This document shows, in pieces, positions 58,542 through 64,000 of a stretch of DNA of 64,000 bases. This stretch comes from Candidatus Saccharimonadales bacterium (GTDB lineage: Bacteria; Patescibacteriota; Saccharimonadia; Saccharimonadales; JBBQAJ01). The stretch's first letter is position 1; each line of letters begins with the position of its first letter. The stretch is from NCBI GenBank assembly GCA_038316195.1, contig JBBQAJ010000001.1, positions 27,680 through 91,679 on the forward strand. Direction: 5' to 3'. The notes beneath the pieces were generated by a model. It saw only the letters and a list, made by a program, of their open reading frames with translations. It was not told where the DNA came from and did not search any database. Both the position numbers and the translations under genes were made by a program.

Positions 58542-59246
58542 ATGAAAATAATTGGTCACCGTGGCGCATCTAGTCTTGCTTTGGAAAACTCAATAGAAAG
58601 CATCAAGGCAGCAATAAAAGCTGGTGTTGATGCCGTGGAAATAGACATAAGAGCGACCAAAGATAATAAGCTTGTTTTGTGCCATGATAAAAACACAGGT
58701 AAAGTCAGCAGTGAATCTTTAAATATAAATGAAAATAACATTTCGAAACTACTAAAAGTAAGATTAAACAACGGACAGTATATGCCGTCGCTTGATCAAG
58801 CAATAACGGCTGCTTCAAATACGCCTCTGTTCATCGAAGGCAAAGACAGTCACTGGGCAAGGCCACTGTTCAAAACACTCAAAAACTACAAAAACTTAAC
58901 TGAAACTTGCGTAATTTCTTTTAATCATCAAGAACTTTTTACCTTTAGTCAGCTTATGCCGGACATTACTGTTTATGCTGCCGAAAATACGAATCCTTTT
59001 GAAGTAATTCGAGATGCACGATTATTTGGATTCGACGGGATTGATATCAATTTTTGGCTATTAAATCCCCTCACTTATTTTTTGGCACGAATCCACAAAC
59101 TAGATATAATCGTATATACTGTGAATAAACAGTGGATTGTTCGATTCATACAAGTTTTCTACCCAAATATCAGTATAACTACAGACACGCCTGATCAATT
59201 CCAATTTTTGCGCAAGAAGCATCGTAAACACACAAATGCAAGCTAA
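58542..59246 (+). CDS. Glycerophosphodiester phosphodiesterase
   Basis: GHRGA...ENS...EIDIRATKD...CHD, YTVN, ITTDTP. Confidence 0.92.
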   Translation: MKIIGHRGASSLALENSIESIKAAIKAGVDAVEIDIRATKDNKLVLCHDKNTGKVSSESLNINENNISKLLKVRLNNGQYMPSLDQAITAASNTPLFIEGKDSHWARPLFKTLKNYKNLTETCVISFNHQELFTFSQLMPDITVYAAENTNPFEVIRDARLFGFDGIDINFWLLNPLTYFLARIHKLDIIVYTVNKQWIVRFIQVFYPNISITTDTPDQFQFLRKKHRKHTNAS

Positions 59247-59934
59247 ACTAGTCCAAGTTGAAAATACTGCCAAAAATATAAAAACACTCTGGTTTATTCC
59301 AGAAAAAAATCTAGATTATTCGGCAGGTCAGTTTATTGAGATGACATTAAATCATGATAATGTTGACAATCGTGGTCAAAAACGTTGGTTTACTTTATCA
59401 TCAGCCCCAACCGAGAAATTAATAAGCATAACTACAAAACAATCTGCAAACAGAATGAGTAGTTTTAAGACGAGATTATTTAATTTGAAATATGGTGACT
59501 CAGTAAAAATATCTGAACCCATGGGTGATTTTGTTTTACCCAAAAATATTAAAATACCATTAGTTTTTGTTGCAGGTGGAATAGGTATTACTCCTATGAG
59601 AAGTATGGTCAAATGGTTAATTGACACAGATGAATTTCGAAATATAAAATTGATTTATGTTGTTAATAATGTTAATGACATTGCGTTTAAAAATTTATTT
59701 GAAAGATATAGGCTCGATCCAAACTTTATTCTGACAGCAGACAAAAATTCAAAGCAATCCACAGTTAATCAAATTCTGCCAATGATTGAGCAAAATATAT
59801 TAGGCAATTATCTCAAGCCATTAATCTACGTTTCTGGTCCAGAGCCCTTTACTGAATTGTTAGAAAATAAACTAAAACTTACCGGTATTGCTAGTGAAGA
59901 TCTAATTTTAGATTTTTTTCCCGGTTATAAATAA
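59236..59934 (+). CDS. Ferredoxin-NADP reductase-like FAD oxidoreductase
   Basis: GQF, RWFTLSS, PMGDF, AGGIGITP, YVSGP. Confidence 0.88.
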   Translation: MQAKLVQVENTAKNIKTLWFIPEKNLDYSAGQFIEMTLNHDNVDNRGQKRWFTLSSAPTEKLISITTKQSANRMSSFKTRLFNLKYGDSVKISEPMGDFVLPKNIKIPLVFVAGGIGITPMRSMVKWLIDTDEFRNIKLIYVVNNVNDIAFKNLFERYRLDPNFILTADKNSKQSTVNQILPMIEQNILGNYLKPLIYVSGPEPFTELLENKLKLTGIASEDLILDFFPGYK

Positions 59935-60095
59935 GACTAGGACTTATGTAATGATATACGATCATCCGTCTGAATGTAAGAATGTGTATGGCATTCTGGA
60001 ATCTTTTTTAATATTGTTAGGGGCATTTTCAACGTTCGTGCTTTTCTTTACCATAACTCTGCGACCTCACAAAGTGACATCGCATGAAACACTAT

Positions 60096-61052
60096 TTATA
60101 TACGTTCTTTTTCTTCAAGATAATTTCGTACCATCACAGCCGCAGTTGCCCCCTCACCTGTGGCACTCGCAATCTGCATATTAGCACCACTTCTGACATC
60201 TCCAGCCGCAAAAATACCTCTAACATTTGTCTCAAGGTCTGTGGCAGTTTTAACCATTCCGATTTTATCGAGCTCTATAGGTCCATCAGATAGGAACTGA
60301 GTATTCGGCATGAGCCCTATAAAAACAAATATTCCATCTGTATCAATTTCAATTTTTTTACCATCTTGCTTGCCTACAACTCTTACAACTCTATTTACAC
60401 CATCTATTTCTTCGCCGACTATTGCGTCAGTAGTAGTTCCTAAATGTACTGTAATTTTATCCGAATGTTTTGCTAGTTCATGCTGCAAAATTTCACTTGC
60501 TTTTATAGTACTTCTAACAAACAAATCTATATGGCTAGCAAATTTAGTGAGAAATATTGCTTCTTGGACTGCAGAATTGCCACCCCCTGATACAACTAAT
60601 TTTTTGTCGCGATAAAATGCTCCGTCACAGGTCGCACAATAATGTACGCCCCGAGCGTAATATTCTTTTTCGCCAGGGATATCAAGTTTTTTATAATCGC
60701 TTCCCGTCGCAATAATTACTGATTTTGCATATATGTCACCGTCTGTTGTTTCCAGTTTTTTCAAGTCGCCTTCAATTGATAGCCTAAGAACTTCTCCATA
60801 TCTAATATCTGCTCCAAAGCGCACTGCTTGTTTTTCCAAGTTTTCTGCAAGTTCCAAACCGGCTATTCCTTCTGGAAAGCCTGGGTAGTTATCCACCCAG
60901 TCAGTGACAGCTGCCAGTCCACCAACTGCACCTTTTTCAAATAATACAGTATCAATATCTTCACGAGTAGTATAAATTGCCGCGGTAAGCGCAGCTGGTC
61001 CCGCCCCTACAACTACTAAATCATGTATTTCCTTAATCTTGCCTTCTGCCAT
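60096..61052 (-). CDS. trxB: Thioredoxin reductase
   Basis: GAGPAA, NYPGF, CATCDG, GGGNSA, FAAGDV. Confidence 0.95.
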   Translation of the reverse strand: MAEGKIKEIHDLVVVGAGPAALTAAIYTTREDIDTVLFEKGAVGGLAAVTDWVDNYPGFPEGIAGLELAENLEKQAVRFGADIRYGEVLRLSIEGDLKKLETTDGDIYAKSVIIATGSDYKKLDIPGEKEYYARGVHYCATCDGAFYRDKKLVVSGGGNSAVQEAIFLTKFASHIDLFVRSTIKASEILQHELAKHSDKITVHLGTTTDAIVGEEIDGVNRVVRVVGKQDGKKIEIDTDGIFVFIGLMPNTQFLSDGPIELDKIGMVKTATDLETNVRGIFAAGDVRSGANMQIASATGEGATAAVMVRNYLEEKERI

Positions 61053-61206
61053 ATTTTCCTTAATTCTTAATCATTCTATCAAATCGTTCCTATGAATCAC
61101 AGTGCTCACAATTCAAGGCATAACTGCATGATGGAGCTTAATTTAGCACATAGTTCGCCAAGAAAACACAAATAACTTCTAAAAAACAATGTGCCGACTG
61201 TGGTTT

Positions 61207-61455
61207 CTAGGCAATGGCGGGGGCTAATTTGGCTAAATTGAAGCCAATAACAACTTCACGACTATCATCTCCTTTAGTAACAACTGTTACTGGGACAGAC
61301 AATGCACCACTCAATTCGAATGCTTCTTTTTGTCGCTCCGGGCTTGTGTCTAAATTAACCTCTTCGTATTCGTAGCCTTTTGCTCCCAGCCACTTTTTAA
61401 CCATGCCACAGTAAGCGCAGGTGTTTGTAGTGAAAATGGTAATGTTTTTGACCAT
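61207..61455 (-). CDS. Glutaredoxin-like NrdH-type redoxin
   Basis: CAYC active site, SVPV, IGFN; upstream of trxB; NrdR-like boxes upstream. Confidence 0.88.
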   Translation of the reverse strand: MVKNITIFTTNTCAYCGMVKKWLGAKGYEYEEVNLDTSPERQKEAFELSGALSVPVTVVTKGDDSREVVIGFNLAKLAPAIA

Positions 61456-61493
61456 GATTTTCTCCTTGTTTGTGATTTTTAAATTTATCTACT

Positions 61494-61542
61494 ACATTAT
61501 ATATAGTGTTTATGGTAATTGTAAATACCCTATATGTTGTGC
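61494..61542. promoter_or_regulatory. Tandem NrdR-like boxes
   Basis: acattatatatagtgt (61494-61509) and accctatatgttgtgc (61527-61542) match acaCwAtATaTwGtgt; 33 nt apart. Confidence 0.65.
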
Positions 61543-61595
61543 TTTTTGCCTTTTTAGTTAGATTTCCAAAATGAAGAATCTAAAATTCGAATCGA

Positions 61596-62162
61596 TTATT
61601 TTCCAATCTTTACAAGTTCGATATCAAAAACTAGTGGGGCATTTGCAGGGATACCTGATCCACTTGGTGGGTTTGCACCGTATGCTTGATCAGCAGGAAT
61701 AATTAATCTACGCTTTCCACCTACTTTCATACCAGGGACTCCTTCAGTCCAGCCTTTTATAACTTGATCTAGAGGAAATGCTACAGGTTGACCGGTATCA
61801 TGAGAACTTTGGAAAATTATTCCGGTTGCAGCTACGGCGCCTGTATAATGTGCCGTTACAGTGTCGCCGGCCTTTACAACATCACCTGATCCTTGTACTA
61901 AGTCTACTTTGTCTAGTTTATCTACCTTATCAACTGTTTGAAAATCTGCTAGTTTAGTTCCCTGCAACTGGCCCTCCTTTGGTTGTTGGTTTGCTTGTGG
62001 ATTATTTGCATCTTTCTTAATCTGCTGGATGCTTTGACTGGCTGTGTCTATTTTTTTCTGTTGCCTGGCCTGCAAAATTACTATCACGCTGACCGCCGCT
62101 GTGGTGCCGAAAAACAACAAAGCACCTGCAAGCGCAAAAACACGCTCATGCGTTTTCGCCAT
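61596..62162 (-). CDS. FKBP-type peptidyl-prolyl isomerase with N-terminal membrane anchor
   Basis: HYTG, VIKGWTEG, GMKVGGKRRLIIP, AYG, IPANAPLVFDIEL. Confidence 0.93.
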   Translation of the reverse strand: MAKTHERVFALAGALLFFGTTAAVSVIVILQARQQKKIDTASQSIQQIKKDANNPQANQQPKEGQLQGTKLADFQTVDKVDKLDKVDLVQGSGDVVKAGDTVTAHYTGAVAATGIIFQSSHDTGQPVAFPLDQVIKGWTEGVPGMKVGGKRRLIIPADQAYGANPPSGSGIPANAPLVFDIELVKIGK

Positions 62163-62234
62163 AAACTACCTCCCTTTTAATTATTATTAGTATACTTACA
62201 TTCAGTTCTATTCGATATGGTATTTTGCGCAACA

Positions 62235-62672
62235 CTAAAATTCTATAACACCAACAGGCCACCCATTCTTAAGTGCGCTTAATATATGTTGTTTTAAATC
62301 TTTCGATACAAATGGTTTAGTGTGTAAATCTTCCAATAGCATCCAGCCAGGAATATACAAGTTATCACCTGAATCATGGATTATTTTTTCCTGTGAATCG
62401 TATCTCAATTGTGGTTCTCCACTCACGTAATTACATACGAATACATATTGATCTCCATAAGGTTGACCTGCGTGATCTATAAATACTAGTCTTGGATCTG
62501 AAATTTGAACAGTTGTTTCTTCTGCTAGTTCGCGTACTAAAGCTTCATTTAAACTTTCATTAATTTCTACACCACCACCAGGCAATGTGTCGTACTCTTT
62601 GCCAAATTTGTTTCTATGAATTACCAATAATTTACCATTTTTAATTATTATCGTTCGAACTGCTTTTCTCAT
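62235..62672 (-). CDS. NUDIX hydrolase
   Basis: PGGGVEINESLNEALVRELAEET. Confidence 0.9.
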   Translation of the reverse strand: MRKAVRTIIIKNGKLLVIHRNKFGKEYDTLPGGGVEINESLNEALVRELAEETTVQISDPRLVFIDHAGQPYGDQYVFVCNYVSGEPQLRYDSQEKIIHDSGDNLYIPGWMLLEDLHTKPFVSKDLKQHILSALKNGWPVGVIEF

Positions 62673-62750
62673 TTAAGCGAATTCTTAAAAATAATCTTCG
62701 CCAACATTGAGTCAGACATATCAGAGGATGAATTGCAAAAGTCTTTCATT

Positions 62751-64000
62751 TTATCCCGAAATATCATAAGACTGGAGTCTCTTCTTGGTAATTTCTTTAT
62801 CTTTGCCATTTTGTAGTTTGAGTAATTTATCATAAATTCCACCACTTGTTGCAAGTTCGCCTGGGGTACCTATTTCATCAATCTTACCACCACTTATGGT
62901 TACAATTTGATCTACATTTTGTATTGTACTCAATCTGTGAGCTATTATTATTGTTGTTCTACCTCTCATAAGGTGTTGTAGAGCTTCCTGAACCATTGAT
63001 TCTGATTTGCTATCTAAGCTGCTAGTTGCTTCATCTAATATTAAAATTGGGGCATCTTTCAATAAAGCTCTAGCTATTGCAATGCGCTGCTTTTGACCAC
63101 CACTTAATTTTAAGCCTCTCTCACCAATTTCTGTTTTATAGCCATTTTCAAGTTTTGCTACAAATTCATCAGCATTTGCAGCTTTTGCCGCCGTGGCAAC
63201 TTGTTTGTCATTTGCGCCAGGTTTAGCATATGCAATATTTTCATGAATTGTTCCACTAAAGAGAGCTGGATCTTGGAAAACTACCCCAATATTTTCACGA
63301 AGTGACCGTTGAGTTACTTCAGAAATTGCCTGACCATCTATTGTTATCTCGCCACTTTCAGGTTCATATAATCTGAGCAGTAGGTTGACGAGTGTGGTTT
63401 TACCTTCACCACTTTCTCCGACAAGTGCTATTTTTGAATCAGATTTGATGTGTAAATTTATGTCTTTCAATACGGGTTGGTATTTGTCATAACTAAAATT
63501 TAACTTTTCAAATTTAATTACACCGTCTGATATTTCTAATTCTGTCGCTCCTGGTTTGTCGTTAGATTCTGGACGTTCGCTCATAACTTCAAAAAAGTCT
63601 TTGCTATTAGAAATTGCCCTCTGAGTTCTATCTACCAAAAAGCTAATACTAAAAATAGGAATACGTATTAGAGATGCGTACTGAATTAGTAAAACCATCG
63701 TTCCGATTGTATATTTGCCCCTAGCAGTCTCAACAAATATGTACATGAAAACTACAAAAAATATAAGCGCTAAAACTATTCGTCGCAAAATGTCCTGTTT
63801 GTGCCAATATTGACTTTGTGGCGCAACATTTTTTATAGCTCTATCCAAATACCTGTCGAAATATTTTAACTCTCGGATTTCTTGTATGAAACTTTTTACG
63901 ACTTTTACCTGGCCAATACTTTCGGCAAACCTACCACTCGCAATATCTAAATCTTGGTTTATTTGTTTTTGGTAATCTTGCCATCTTGTGCTTGTCTGGG
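62751..64000 (-). CDS. ABC exporter, fused permease/ATP-binding (5' part outside the window)
   Basis: GESGEGKT, LSGGQKQR, ILDEATS, IAHRLST; the frame stays open upstream of 63848 to the window end (...FAESIGQVKVVKSF...). Confidence 0.94.
   Translation of the reverse strand, partial: QTSTRWQDYQKQINQDLDIASGRFAESIGQVKVVKSFIQEIRELKYFDRYLDRAIKNVAPQSQYWHKQDILRRIVLALIFFVVFMYIFVETARGKYTIGTMVLLIQYASLIRIPIFSISFLVDRTQRAISNSKDFFEVMSERPESNDKPGATELEISDGVIKFEKLNFSYDKYQPVLKDINLHIKSDSKIALVGESGEGKTTLVNLLLRLYEPESGEITIDGQAISEVTQRSLRENIGVVFQDPALFSGTIHENIAYAKPGANDKQVATAAKAANADEFVAKLENGYKTEIGERGLKLSGGQKQRIAIARALLKDAPILILDEATSSLDSKSESMVQEALQHLMRGRTTIIIAHRLSTIQNVDQIVTISGGKIDEIGTPGELATSGGIYDKLLKLQNGKDKEITKKRLQSYDISG

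Noticed and set aside
61053-61206. Possible structured RNA between the redoxin and trxB (cacagt/actgtg, gcaca/tgtgc pairings)
   Set aside because: Stems are short and could arise by chance; no recognisable family.
1-64000. CRISPR array, IS/integrase, prophage, alternative genetic code (UGA=Gly)
   Set aside because: No repeat-spacer array, transposase or phage genes seen; conserved genes are full length under code 11 and several end in TGA.

Overview
A gene-dense, AT-rich bacterial chromosome segment in the standard code. Gene content and style point to Candidatus Saccharibacteria (Patescibacteria/CPR); this is an inference from the compact housekeeping set, split transketolase, PilB/GspE ATPase, CAP protein, extended L19 and long class A PBP. 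Most of it is core genes: tig, hisS, tRNA-Leu, rsmD, recG, tyrS, PBP, radA, clpC, nusA, pepN, rnhB, rplS, malic enzyme, dnaE, galU, gatCAB, uvrB, a pfkB-fba-tkt-rpe-rpiB-gap-ppa carbon cluster and an nrdH-like-trxB pair. I saw no mobile element, prophage or CRISPR array. Most notable: (1) a hisG(short)-hisI-hisS operon preceded by an unannotated leaderless 18-aa His-containing leader peptide with terminator/antiterminator geometry; (2) a fusion of a YqeG-like HAD phosphatase and a CDP-alcohol phosphatidyltransferase, among several lipid-handling genes; (3) readable regulatory sites: a perfect CIRCE at clpC, a terminator in the nusA leader and tandem NrdR-like boxes at the redoxin gene; (4) widespread -10 boxes 6-8 nt before start codons, suggesting leaderless mRNAs. 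All calls come from motif recognition by eye, with no database searches. Several starts were moved from the ORF track.
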